64,000 nucleotides of DNA, from positions 32,283-96,282 of the IMG/VR virus record IMGVR_UViG_3300036834_000231. One strand, 5' to 3'. A program made the position numbers and the translations under genes. The stretch is from a virus. Below, piece after piece: positions 1 to 9,507 of this stretch. How positions within the stretch are numbered: position 1 is the first letter of the stretch; each line of letters starts with the position of its first letter. The notes below the pieces were generated by a model, which was not told where the DNA came from, made no database searches, and was given only the letters and a program-made list of their open reading frames with translations.

Positions 1-255
1 GGTCAATGACGGCCTACGGCATTTGTTGCAGCGGCAAGGCGGCTGGACGTGCGCCACCTTGGAGCCGATGGTGCGCAAGTATGGAAATGCCGATCTGTAT
101 GGCAGGTACTTAGAGGTCTGCCGCGAAATGATGGTCGAACGCGTCAAACCCCAGGGTTATCAACTGGCGGCCTGGACCGGTTACTATGCCGGTCAGCAGA
201 TGACCCATTACGCCGCGTATTGCCGCCGGTCCACACCGGACCACAAGGAGTAGCC

Positions 256-390
256 ATGTTGCATTTGGGATTTTTGATCGCCGCCATGGTGATCTTCATT
301 CTAGGTTGTTTTGTATCGCCGCCGAAGGCGAACATGACAAATATCGGCTTGGCGCTGTTATGCGCCTCGATACTATTCCAAGCCCGCTAG
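256..390 (+). CDS. Small two-TM membrane protein
   Basis: AAGGAG RBS before ATG 256; MLHLGFLIAAMVIFILGCFV...IGLALLCASILFQAR. Confidence 0.6.
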   Translation: MLHLGFLIAAMVIFILGCFVSPPKANMTNIGLALLCASILFQAR

Positions 391-648
391 GGCTCGCCGT
401 TCTCGTACCCTGTGATCTTCGAGAACGCTAACAAGATAGCCATCCAGAAGAGAAGTCTGACGAGCATGAGCATGGCCGCCAATTTTTTCGGGATGGTCAT
501 TTCGCGCAGGTCTTCCGGCAAATTCCGGGTCACGAACAGCCAAAACCCGTGGATGCGATCTTTCATGCCGATACCTTCCTACGGATATCACCGTAGTGGG
601 CTGAATGATATCACAGGCGTCAACGTCATCGCGCGATAAGGAAGTGAA

Positions 649-1632
649 GTGAGAGTGCTGTTGTGCCAGATCGACGGTAAGATTCCGAACCTCGCGCTCA
701 TGCGAATCGCGGCATACCATCGGGCGAACGGTGACGAGGTGGAACTGCGCCACGGTGCGAACTTCATGCGTCTGTTGTGGGACGCGGCGCCAGACCTCGT
801 TTACGCCTCGGCCATTTTCGTGAAGTCGCGTCCCACGGTAGAGCGGCTGCTATCGATGTTTCCTCTAGCAGTGATCGGCGGCACAGGATGGGACATTGCG
901 CGCACGGTCGAGTCGGTCGGCATTGATTCAACCGCACTAGATTACACGTTGTACCCGCGCTTCCGGCAGTCCATCGGCTTTACGCAGCGCGGCTGCCGGC
1001 TGCGGTGTCCCTTTTGCGTGGTCCCGCAGAAGGAAGGCGCTATGCGGGAGCAGTCCTCGGTCTACGACATTTGGCGCGGCGATCCGTGGCCGCGGGAACT
1101 GCTACTGCTCGATAACGATTTCTTTGGCCAGCCACATTGGCGGGAGCGAGCCCGCGAGATACGCGACGGCGGATTCAAGGTGTCCTTCAATCAAGGCATT
1201 AACGCGCGCTTTCTCACGGACGAGGCGGCCGAGGCGATAGCCTCGCTCGACTACCGCGATGACGGCATGAAGGACAAGCGGATCTATACCGCGTGGGACA
1301 ACCTGAAGGACGAGCACCGCCTGTTCGCTGGCTTGAACCGACTCGTGCGGTACGGCGTGAAACCGGATCAGATCATGGTCTACATGCTCTGCGGCTATTG
1401 GCCGGGCGAGACGCAGGCAGACCGCGAGTATCGGCGTAAGCAGTTACGCGAGTTTGGGGCCAGACCGTTCCCCATGCCATATGTGCGGACCCTGGAGCTG
1501 GTCGGATTCCAGCGGTGGGTTATCGGCGCTTACGACAAGCGCATCCCGTGGGCAGAGTGGTTCGCGGCGCACTACCGGCCAGAGAAACTGCGACCGGAAT
1601 CGGCGTCACTCTCACTGTTGGAGAGCGAGTGA
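649..1632 (+). CDS. Radical SAM protein (phage-type)
   Basis: CxxxCxxC motif (RGCRLRCPFC), N-terminal PNLALM motif, LLDNDF. Confidence 0.85.
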   Translation: MRVLLCQIDGKIPNLALMRIAAYHRANGDEVELRHGANFMRLLWDAAPDLVYASAIFVKSRPTVERLLSMFPLAVIGGTGWDIARTVESVGIDSTALDYTLYPRFRQSIGFTQRGCRLRCPFCVVPQKEGAMREQSSVYDIWRGDPWPRELLLLDNDFFGQPHWRERAREIRDGGFKVSFNQGINARFLTDEAAEAIASLDYRDDGMKDKRIYTAWDNLKDEHRLFAGLNRLVRYGVKPDQIMVYMLCGYWPGETQADREYRRKQLREFGARPFPMPYVRTLELVGFQRWVIGAYDKRIPWAEWFAAHYRPEKLRPESASLSLLESE

Positions 1633-2897
1633 CTTTTGGCTCCCTCTTCTCAGGCATTGGGGGCCTGGATCTAGGGCTCGATCGCGCTGGCTGGGAGTGC
1701 CGCTGGCAGGTGGAGAAGGACGAGTTTTGCGGGCGCGTGCTGGAGTCGCACTGGCCGGGCTTGAAGCAGTATCGGGACATCGCGCATGTCGCGCAGTTCG
1801 ATGAAGAAGGATGGAGGTTTCTTGACTTACCTGAATCAGTTGACTTACTCGCAGGGGGGTTCCCATGCACCGATCTCAGCGTCGCCGGCAAGCAAACCGG
1901 ACTCACCAACGCAGACGGCACGCCGACTCGCAGCGGCCTTTGGTTTGAGTTCGCCCGCCTTATTGGGGAGCTTAGACCCGGCTACGTTCTCGTTGAAAAC
2001 GTCAGCGGTGTCCTTGTTCACGACGCAATGCGACGAGTGGTCGGAGAGCTGGCCGGACTCGGGTATGTGGGATCTTGGCTCTGTCTACGAGCTGCGGACT
2101 TTGGCGCCAGTCACTTGCGTAAGCGGGTCTTCCTCGTCGCCGTCCGGTACGTGGCCGACAGCGAGCGCCTCGCTTGCGAACGACGGCGAGGATATCGAGA
2201 GTTGGAAGGCCCGCAAGGCGCGCATCTTAGCGAAGGGCTACAACGGCAACGGAATGGGGACGCCACTGACGATTGCGGCCACCACCTGGCCAACAGCGCG
2301 CTCGGAGGATGGCGAGAGTTGCGGGAATCACCCGGGGGCGGTGGACTCCTTAACGGGCGCGGCGCGCCTGTGGAACACGCCGCACGGGATGAGCAATCGG
2401 GACTCTCGGGGCAAGGTGGGGGGCTGCGGCGGGGGGCAATTTGCGTTGCAGGCGAATCACTGGGAGACGCCGCGAGCATCGACGGGAGGCCTGCGGGAGT
2501 ACGACGGCAAGCGCGGGGTGGGAGTGAACACACAGGCGGCTCACTGGCAGACGCCGGCGACGGACAGCTTTCGGAGCCGGGGCGGGGAACGCAAGGAAGA
2601 AATGGGGCTGGACCAGGAAGCCCGGGCTTTCACTTCGCTCCCGGACCCAGCGACCCCAGATGGGTTGACATCCTGCGAGTACGACCAGACCTCGCTCCAG
2701 CCCTGCCCGTCGCCGCCGACGAGGCGTCTCAATCCTCGTTTCGTCGAGTTTTTGATGGGTCTGCCGATAGGCTGGACCGAGCTATGAGTAATCGCACAAA
2801 GCGGTTATCCCGCCTCGGGAATGCCGTTGTGCCGGATGTGGCTGAGTGGTTAGGGCGCCGGTTAATGGAGTTCATACAATCGACGCCCACGCGATGA
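1629..2897 (+). CDS. DNA cytosine-C5 methyltransferase, alpha-type polypeptide (motifs I-VIII and X)
   Basis: GTG overlaps the upstream stop (GTGA); motifs SLFSGIGG, GGFPCTDLS, VENV, HLRKRVF, RLGNAVV. Confidence 0.88.
   Translation: MTFGSLFSGIGGLDLGLDRAGWECRWQVEKDEFCGRVLESHWPGLKQYRDIAHVAQFDEEGWRFLDLPESVDLLAGGFPCTDLSVAGKQTGLTNADGTPTRSGLWFEFARLIGELRPGYVLVENVSGVLVHDAMRRVVGELAGLGYVGSWLCLRAADFGASHLRKRVFLVAVRYVADSERLACERRRGYRELEGPQGAHLSEGLQRQRNGDATDDCGHHLANSALGGWRELRESPGGGGLLNGRGAPVEHAARDEQSGLSGQGGGLRRGAICVAGESLGDAASIDGRPAGVRRQARGGSEHTGGSLADAGDGQLSEPGRGTQGRNGAGPGSPGFHFAPGPSDPRWVDILRVRPDLAPALPVAADEASQSSFRRVFDGSADRLDRAMSNRTKRLSRLGNAVVPDVAEWLGRRLMEFIQSTPTR
1786..2787 (+). CDS. Overlapping beta-type polypeptide of the C5 methyltransferase (WxTP repeats and motif IX); start uncertain
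   Basis: Alternative frame inside the MTase gene; five W(P/N/E/Q)T(A/P) repeats and terminal RLNPRFVEFLMGLPIGWT. Confidence 0.72.
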   Translation: MSRSSMKKDGGFLTYLNQLTYSQGGSHAPISASPASKPDSPTQTARRLAAAFGLSSPALLGSLDPATFSLKTSAVSLFTTQCDEWSESWPDSGMWDLGSVYELRTLAPVTCVSGSSSSPSGTWPTASASLANDGEDIESWKARKARILAKGYNGNGMGTPLTIAATTWPTARSEDGESCGNHPGAVDSLTGAARLWNTPHGMSNRDSRGKVGGCGGGQFALQANHWETPRASTGGLREYDGKRGVGVNTQAAHWQTPATDSFRSRGGERKEEMGLDQEARAFTSLPDPATPDGLTSCEYDQTSLQPCPSPPTRRLNPRFVEFLMGLPIGWTEL

Positions 2898-2903
2898 GTC
2901 GCT

Positions 2904-3686
2904 TCAGGCGGACTTCCTCTTCGCGGGCTTCCCTTTGAGAGAGGCCTGCAAGGCGACCATCAGATCGTTGGTCTCGCTCTGCGGCGGGCGCTTGGCCAAG
3001 GTGTGCACCTTATTCCCTTGCCGTTTGGCCTGTAGCAGTTTTTCCACGGATTGCTGGTAGCCGTCCACGTATTGCGCGTGGTCGAATTTGTCCGAGGTGG
3101 CGCGTAGCAATTGTTTAGCCAGCGCTAGTTCCTTCGCTTCGATCGGAATGGCTTCCAGCCCGAGGTGGGGCGCTGCGTGCACCTCCCCCTGGTAGAACAT
3201 GGTGTGGAAGACGAGCGTTCCGTTGTACGGCCGGATGACGATGACGTGTTCGCGCGAGTGCAGGGTAGCGCGCGCGATGGCGTACCGCTTCTCGGCGCGC
3301 AGGGCATCGTGCAATAGCTTGTAGCCCTTCATGCCGGCGGTGTCCGGTTCGAGGTAGTAGGACGACTCGAACAAGAGCGGATCGACTGCGTTCGCGGCGA
3401 CGCACTGTTCGATCTCCATGCTGTGCGAGCTGTCAGGCTGGCAATCCTTCAGCTCCTCATCGCTGACGGTCACGTATTGGTCCTTCGCCACTTCGTGGCC
3501 GCGGTGCGTATCCTTGCGGGTGATTTCCTTATTGCACTTGGGACACCACGTCTTGGTGTTGATGCGGCTGCCGCATTCGCTATGCAGCAAGTTGAATGAG
3601 ATTGATTCAGCCCGGGCGGCGATCGTCACCTTCACCGGGATGTTCACGAGTCCAAAGGAAATAGTGCCCTTCCAAATGGCGGCCAT
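2904..3686 (-). CDS. ku: Ku protein (NHEJ DNA end-binding)
   Basis: Begins MAAIWKGTISFGLVNIPVK; YYLEP; ends DLMVALQASL plus basic tail; GGAGG RBS. Confidence 0.95.
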   Translation of the reverse strand: MAAIWKGTISFGLVNIPVKVTIAARAESISFNLLHSECGSRINTKTWCPKCNKEITRKDTHRGHEVAKDQYVTVSDEELKDCQPDSSHSMEIEQCVAANAVDPLLFESSYYLEPDTAGMKGYKLLHDALRAEKRYAIARATLHSREHVIVIRPYNGTLVFHTMFYQGEVHAAPHLGLEAIPIEAKELALAKQLLRATSDKFDHAQYVDGYQQSVEKLLQAKRQGNKVHTLAKRPPQSETNDLMVALQASLKGKPAKRKSA

Positions 3687-3839
3687 TAGCGTTCACCTCC
3701 GTGGGTGCGGGTCAGTTTAGGGGTATGTCTGCTCAGCATTTGATCTCCTATATATTTTCTATTATAAATATAACAAGGTGAGGTGTTCTTTGTCCAAGAA
3801 CAAGCTTGTTTCTGGATTTAAAAAAATAACCGCGACGGG

Positions 3840-4022
3840 TCATTCTTCTTCCACCTTGCAAGCTCTGTACGTAATCTCTATCTCTCGATACAACTCCATG
3901 TGCGTCTCGCACACATGGCACCACGCAAGACGATAAGAACACAGGAGGTCATTGCCGAAAAGCTCTGCGCCATTATCGAAGATGTGGCCGCAATTGGGGC
4001 AACGATAGGCAGTTGAGGTCAT
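3840..4022 (-). CDS. Small zinc-ribbon protein
   Basis: CPNC...CHVC; AAGGA RBS; overlaps the ligase stop. Confidence 0.55.
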   Translation of the reverse strand: MTSTAYRCPNCGHIFDNGAELFGNDLLCSYRLAWCHVCETHMELYREIEITYRACKVEEE

Positions 4023-4915
4023 TTCTTTCCTTTCGGCGCGACTATCTCTAGAGTCGGCTTCCCTTGGTTGGACGGCATTCTCATCGATCCTTTCGTGTGC
4101 AGTTGCGCGGCCGTGCATTCGGCGCGGCGGATGTCCCGGCGGACTCCGCGGTAAACCGCTTGGATCAGATCCCCTCCGATATCATGGCGATACAAGTATT
4201 CCACCTCGATGATTTGCCCGGCTTTGGGAATTTCCTGGTTGGGCGGGATGGTCACGGAGCCGACCGGCGTATCGTCCGCAAGCTTGATCTCGACGCTACG
4301 CTTCGCGCCACGCTGTTGGGCGACGATCACCGAGCAGGTGTTGACGAACTTGAATTTCAGGGCGGGGCCTCCGCTGTTGGGGCGGCCGCCTGAGTAGGCA
4401 GCATCGCGGCGTTTGAAGACTACGCCTTCCAACCCATTTTCGTGGATGGAGCGGTAGAGGGTTTGCTTGTCTTGGACGCCAAAGGCGGAAACCACGGGTA
4501 AGATACGCCTGGGAGGATTCTTCCCGCCCCATATGGCTTCGATGTAGCTAATGCGAAACTCGCAGGCCAGCCGCCATATCGCGTTGTCGCCGTACTGAAG
4601 AAGGTCGAAGCAGATGTAGTCGTCGCCGATCAGTTCGCCGTCGAGCACCAGACGCGAGGGAAGCGATAGCGTGGCGTCTACCACGGTTTGCGGGAGGGTG
4701 ATCGGCTTCCCGGTTCGGGAGATCCCCCGGGGCCTGGCGCCGGTGCGCGATTCGAGACGAACGCGCACTCCGTCGAATTTGGGTTGCAGGAGCCACGCCT
4801 CGTCTGCGAGAAGGCGTTCCATTTCCGCCCTGTCGATCGAGGTCAATAGCTGGTGGCCGGGGATCGGCTGTTCGTCTGCGGCGTGAGAGTCTCGATGGTG
4901 AAGGGGTTTTGGCAT
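4019..4915 (-). CDS. ATP-dependent DNA ligase (compact)
   Basis: Motif I PKFDGVR, LDGEL, FDLL, EGVVFKR, LKFK, C-terminal OB fold (EVEY...YRGVRRD). Confidence 0.9.
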   Translation of the reverse strand: MPKPLHHRDSHAADEQPIPGHQLLTSIDRAEMERLLADEAWLLQPKFDGVRVRLESRTGARPRGISRTGKPITLPQTVVDATLSLPSRLVLDGELIGDDYICFDLLQYGDNAIWRLACEFRISYIEAIWGGKNPPRRILPVVSAFGVQDKQTLYRSIHENGLEGVVFKRRDAAYSGGRPNSGGPALKFKFVNTCSVIVAQQRGAKRSVEIKLADDTPVGSVTIPPNQEIPKAGQIIEVEYLYRHDIGGDLIQAVYRGVRRDIRRAECTAAQLHTKGSMRMPSNQGKPTLEIVAPKGKK

Positions 4916-4995
4916 ATATATACGAGTGCTAACAGTATAGCACATAAATAATATACGGAAAAATTAGCCGGGTCGAGACCGGTTATGCTTTGGTC

Positions 4996-5505
4996 ATGGC
5001 TTCCGCCGCGCCGCCGGTCGATCGCTGCGAATTGATCGATGGGTGTGAGGTCGTGAAGCCGCTAGCCAAAAAGCTGCATTTTCTCGCCCAGTCTTATTTG
5101 GCATTCGCCCTGCGCCGCGATCTGCCGGCGCGTTTCGTGTGCGGCGCCGAATTGAGCATCCTTTGCGGCGCGAACCGGATTGCGCCGGACGTCGTCGTGA
5201 CGACGCGCCAGGCGCGCTTCGTCGACGGGTGTCTGGCCGATCCGCCGCTGCTCGCGGTCGAAATTCTCTCGCCCGGCCTAACGATTCCCGGTTTGTTTCA
5301 CAAAGCCCAGCGCCTCATCGACAGCGGGGCGCCGCAGGTGTGGATCATTCTGCCCGAGCGGCGCCAGGCCTGGTCGATGAGGTCCCAGGAAATCGCGAAG
5401 ATGGCGATCTATCTTTCGGCCGACTTCCCGAGTTGCGGCGAGGGTCGAATCGATCTGCGCCTCTACCTGCCGGATCTGTGGGAAGACATAGAGCAAATAA
5501 AGTAG
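4996..5505 (+). CDS. Uma2 (DUF820) family endonuclease
   Basis: ELIDG, H, APDV, LAVEILSP, VWIILP. Confidence 0.85.
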   Translation: MASAAPPVDRCELIDGCEVVKPLAKKLHFLAQSYLAFALRRDLPARFVCGAELSILCGANRIAPDVVVTTRQARFVDGCLADPPLLAVEILSPGLTIPGLFHKAQRLIDSGAPQVWIILPERRQAWSMRSQEIAKMAIYLSADFPSCGEGRIDLRLYLPDLWEDIEQIK

Positions 5506-5660
5506 CCATCGGTTTAATCTGATCGCCGGCAGATTGCGAGCGTGCGCGCGAAACGGGCACTTTCTTGATGGATGAAGCTTCAACCGCCAAACAGGGGCGC
5601 GCGTTCGGCCGGCGTGATCGGAGGAACCGCTGAAGGGCGAGCGCTCCAGTTGGTTGCCGC

Positions 5661-6260
5661 TTGATCGAGCCATTAAGCCTAGAGCAACAGCAATGGGTCG
5701 AGTCCATGTTGCCTTTGGCACGCAAGATCGCCGACTGGACGTACCACCGTTATTCGAGGGCTCTCGGCATGAGCCGCGACGACATTCACCAAGAGGCCTG
5801 CCTGCTGCTCTGTTATGCGGCGCGCCGCTACAATCCTGAGAAACTAGATTCCTTCCGCATCTACGCCTGGATGCGGCTACGCAGCCTACATGTCGATTTG
5901 CTACGCCAGCAGTATGGCCGCGATGACAATCCAGATCCCTCCCGGCGGATTCAGTTGTTGAGCCTGGACGCCCCCATGGACGGCGGCGACGGCGAAACCT
6001 ATCTGGCCTTCTTTGAGAATCACGGCGCCGAGGCGGGTTTTCGGCAGCGCGTCGAGAACAGCCTATACCTCGATCATTTAATGCAGCCGCTGAACCCGCG
6101 TTACCAGCAGATTTTCATGGCGTTCCGCGAAGGCAAATTGAAAAGCGAGGTGGCGGCGGAACTCGGCGTCAACTTCAGCCGAGTCTCGCAAATCTACAGC
6201 GCCGGGCTTGAGACGATCCGCAAGGCGGCGGGCATCGAATCGTTGCCGGTAGCGGCGTAG
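5661..6260 (+). CDS. Sigma-70 family RNA polymerase sigma factor (regions 2 and 4)
   Basis: DDIHQEA...AARRYNPEK..SFRIYAW; SLDAP; C-terminal HTH EVAAELGVNFSRVSQI. Confidence 0.85.
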   Translation: MIEPLSLEQQQWVESMLPLARKIADWTYHRYSRALGMSRDDIHQEACLLLCYAARRYNPEKLDSFRIYAWMRLRSLHVDLLRQQYGRDDNPDPSRRIQLLSLDAPMDGGDGETYLAFFENHGAEAGFRQRVENSLYLDHLMQPLNPRYQQIFMAFREGKLKSEVAAELGVNFSRVSQIYSAGLETIRKAAGIESLPVAA

Positions 6261-6263
6261 ATA

Positions 6264-6791
6264 TCAAGCAGCTTTCTTTAAGGGAACGTTCAACCGTTGG
6301 CGGGTATCCGGCAGGCGCAGCGCAGTTGCCACCGCGCGGTTGGTTTCGCGCCGGAAGTAATCTTCGATCGGAAATAGCGCGTAGGGCTGCTGGCTGCAGA
6401 AGGCGTGCGCGAGCGCATGCTCGATCCGGTAGAAGTCGCGGTGCGTTGAGCGCTCATCGCGCGGGCGGCCGAGCTGAACGTTGATCTGTTCGAGGGAGGC
6501 TTCGAGGATGTAGCGCGAGACGAACAGCCGGTGATCAGCCGACGCTAGACTACGGCGCGCGCAGGACAAAAAGTCGGCGGCGTATTCGTAGTTCCGATAG
6601 CCCGGCGCCACGCTGCGGAACTTCGCGAGGCAGATGCGAAAGATCGACCGCAGCACGCAGGGGCACGGCTCCCCGGCGACTCCTCCGATATCGCCGGTCA
6701 GACCGAGACCCCTGCAACGGACACAGCGCCGGCTCGCGAGATGTACTACTTCGGCGTGCGTCCAGTCCATACACAATAGCAGTGCCCGCAA
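6264..6791 (-). CDS. Hypothetical Cys-rich protein
   Basis: 175-aa ORF with CVRC and CPC. Confidence 0.6.
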   Translation of the reverse strand: MRALLLCMDWTHAEVVHLASRRCVRCRGLGLTGDIGGVAGEPCPCVLRSIFRICLAKFRSVAPGYRNYEYAADFLSCARRSLASADHRLFVSRYILEASLEQINVQLGRPRDERSTHRDFYRIEHALAHAFCSQQPYALFPIEDYFRRETNRAVATALRLPDTRQRLNVPLKKAA

Positions 6792-6819
6792 ATCGCGCGG
6801 AATCGCGCCAGATTAATCT

Positions 6820-7128
6820 TTAGGCCGCGGGTTTGCGGAGCAAGTTGCGGGCGTAGCGGTCTTCGTCTTCGAAGCGCGATTGGTGGCGTTCGACCATGGT
6901 GCGCAGGGCGTTCACAGCGATAGTAAGCGAAGTGCTGATCTCGGATTGCGTCGAGAGCATTTCGCTTTGTTTCTTCATCTGCTCGTTCAGTTCCTTCAAG
7001 TGCTCGGTGCACTCGTTGGCCTGATGCACCTTGGTGAACAGGTATTTGATGGCGGCCAGCACGAACGCAGCCGATTGAAGCCACGCGTGTAGCATGCGGG
7101 CGTCGAGGGCAGAGATAGGTTCCGACAT
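6820..7128 (-). CDS. Small TM plus coiled-coil protein
   Basis: Hydrophobic helix followed by heptad-like region. Confidence 0.55.
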   Translation of the reverse strand: MSEPISALDARMLHAWLQSAAFVLAAIKYLFTKVHQANECTEHLKELNEQMKKQSEMLSTQSEISTSLTIAVNALRTMVERHQSRFEDEDRYARNLLRKPAA

Positions 7129-7140
7129 AAGTACCTTTCA

Positions 7141-7175
7141 AAAAAAAGCCCTGGTCCTCCGAAAAGGACCAGGGC
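7141..7175 (-). terminator. Rho-independent terminator (minus strand)
   Basis: Stem GCCCTGGTCC/GGACCAGGGC next to an A7 run (U-tract on the minus strand). Confidence 0.6.
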
Positions 7176-7715
7176 CAAGAAGCATTGATCGAGAAGAGAG
7201 ATTATGAATGCGACCGGAGCCAGAAAGAGGTGCTTAGCATGAGGGTCAGGGTTAATTTCTCCGGTCGATAGCATAGTGTCTCGCCGCCGCCGTTACTCTC
7301 ACGATCAGAACGGCAGCTCATCCTGTGGAACGTGTTTTCGTTGTCGTACTTCCACGGAAATCTTCGTCATCCAGCATGGTTTCTCCTCCTTCTGTCTAGA
7401 TCTTTCGTATTGACAGCCACCGGCGAGCCAAGCGAGCGCCGGAATCGAGACGGTCTCGTCTTCGTCCACTTCTTCTTCGGGAATCATGCCGCATTACCTC
7501 CGCGAGCGCGAACACCCGTTTCTTGGAGTTAATTCTTACGAATCGTAATCCAGGCCTTCGGTGATATCATTCCCTGCAAGCAAGGTCCCCGCCTCGGGCC
7601 CGCTCTTCCTCCCGGCTGCCATGCCGGACCAAGGTCGCGCGGCACCTCTTCAAACGGATCACTGAACTGCTGTGGATAGACTACGTTCGAGGCGCCCTTG
7701 CTTTTCTCGAAGAAG

Positions 7716-8429
7716 ATGAACACCGCCCCCGTTCTACGAGCTGACCTAACTGCGATCGCTATGCCCGACCGCGTCGCCCGTCTGCCGCTCGATCCGCGTG
7801 GCTATCCTATTCCCTGGTTCGTGAACATCGACAAAGAGGGCGTGGCAGATTTCCGGATCATTGGCCCGGGCAAAGTCGAGCGCGCGGTCAAGCAAGGCGT
7901 GTGCTGGATCTGCGGCGAGCGTTTGGGCGTTAACCGGGCGTTCGTCATCGGCCCGATGTGCGCGATCAACCGCATCTCGTCGGAGCCGCCCTCGCATCGC
8001 GACTGCGCGGAGTATGGGGCGCGCGCCTGTCCGTTTCTTACCCGGCCGCACATGCGCCGCCGCGAGAACGATCTGCCAGAGGTAATCGTCCCGGCGGCCG
8101 GCTTTGGCGTGGACCGCAATCCGGGCGCTACGCTTGTGTGGATCACCAAGGATTACGAGATTCGGAATGCCGAGCACGGCGCTCCTGGTTTGCTGTTTCA
8201 TCTGGGCGATCCGCTCGAAACGCTCTGGTATGCGGAAGGGCGCGCGGCGACCGCGACGGAAATTTGGACGTCCGTTCGGACTGGCCTGCCCATTCTGTTC
8301 GAGCAAGCCCGAGCGCAAGGCCCGGAAGCGGTCCAGGACCTCAACGAAGCGTGCCGGCGCGCTCTGCCGCTCTTGCCGCGGCTTAGCGCCGGTGAAGGCC
8401 TGGAGGCTTACACCGCCCAAAGCTCATGA
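7716..8429 (+). CDS. Conserved-looking phage hypothetical protein (Cys/His, putative Zn-binding)
   Basis: RGYPIPWFV, CWICG, GPMC, HRDC...CPFL. Confidence 0.7.
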   Translation: MNTAPVLRADLTAIAMPDRVARLPLDPRGYPIPWFVNIDKEGVADFRIIGPGKVERAVKQGVCWICGERLGVNRAFVIGPMCAINRISSEPPSHRDCAEYGARACPFLTRPHMRRRENDLPEVIVPAAGFGVDRNPGATLVWITKDYEIRNAEHGAPGLLFHLGDPLETLWYAEGRAATATEIWTSVRTGLPILFEQARAQGPEAVQDLNEACRRALPLLPRLSAGEGLEAYTAQSS

Positions 8430-8983
8430 AGCCGCCGCCTGTCGTCGGGGCGCGCAATCACTTTCAGTCGACGCGCGAGATGGCGGAACTCGCGGTCGGG
8501 CGCCTGAAGCTCGAGGAGCCGTGGGTCTGGGACGACGCCATGCGGGCGCGTTTTCTCGAATGGCTCACCGGGTACTCGAATAGGCTGGTCGATTGGATAG
8601 CCGATAACTTTACGACCGGGGCGCAGCGTGGCATCGAGCAAACCGCCCATCTGCTGCAGAATCCCGATTACTACGAAACTCTCAAGAGGCGGCGCGAGCG
8701 GGGCCGCGAACGCATGAAAGCCGAGCAGGAGAGCCAGGAGCGCGAGCGGGAAGAACGCGCGCAGGGCGGCTACACGGCGGCAGAGATCCAGTCGGAGCGG
8801 GAGAGCTTAGAGGAGCAGATTCGCTATCATGCCTCCTGCTCTGCCCAATTGCGCGCGCGCCTGGAAGCGCTGCCGACAAATCCCAAGCTCGTGCGGTTTA
8901 CGGACCTCGCGAAACAATCTAAAAACTGGACGGTTTCGGTGAACGGAGTGCGGCACCCGGCCGATCCGAACGATGCCAGCTAA
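8426..8983 (+). CDS. Hypothetical coiled-coil protein
   Basis: ATGA overlap with the upstream gene; 185 aa. Confidence 0.6.
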   Translation: MKPPPVVGARNHFQSTREMAELAVGRLKLEEPWVWDDAMRARFLEWLTGYSNRLVDWIADNFTTGAQRGIEQTAHLLQNPDYYETLKRRRERGRERMKAEQESQEREREERAQGGYTAAEIQSERESLEEQIRYHASCSAQLRARLEALPTNPKLVRFTDLAKQSKNWTVSVNGVRHPADPNDAS

Positions 8984-9429
8984 AAAGGGAAACCCGGCTG
9001 TTAGGATGCCGGGTTTGTGTGCTGATCTAAGTGTATTGGGGTAGGTTGATGTACCCAGGGCGATCTTATCATGAATCCGCAGCAGCATCCAGACGAAGAT
9101 CATGTGTGTTTGATCGTAAGCCGGGCGCAAATTCCCATGCCGCTCGGCGAGGCGCAGCGGCGCGTTTTAGACGAGAATCTGGAGATCGATTCGGGGGGCC
9201 TGGTGTTCTTCTTCCGGGATTGCCCGGAGGTGCGCTCGGTGCTTGGCTTGAGCCCGGGCGGCCGGCTGCTGCTCGAGGCTTAAAAAGGAACCATCGGCTA
9301 TTCTGAAGTTTCCGCCTAACGCTGGCAGAAGCGCGGTTGCTCGAAGCCTCCTAGGAGCTTCACTAAAGGCAAACCCCGCTATAAGAGAGCGGGGCTGCCA
9401 ATCCGGTGAGGCGGAAAGGAGTTCCGCCG

Positions 9430-9507
9430 ATGGAACACCTGGTGCTGTTGCTGCTCCTGCTGTTTAGGAGACGCCGGCTCAAGATACGGCTCGAAATCGA
9501 GTTGTAG
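9430..9507 (+). CDS. Type I toxin-like 25-aa peptide MEHLVLLLLLLFRRRRLKIRLEIEL
   Basis: AAAGGAG RBS enclosed in hairpin GGCGGAA/TTCCGCC; peptide and leader homologous to 60827-60907. Confidence 0.65.
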   Translation: MEHLVLLLLLLFRRRRLKIRLEIEL

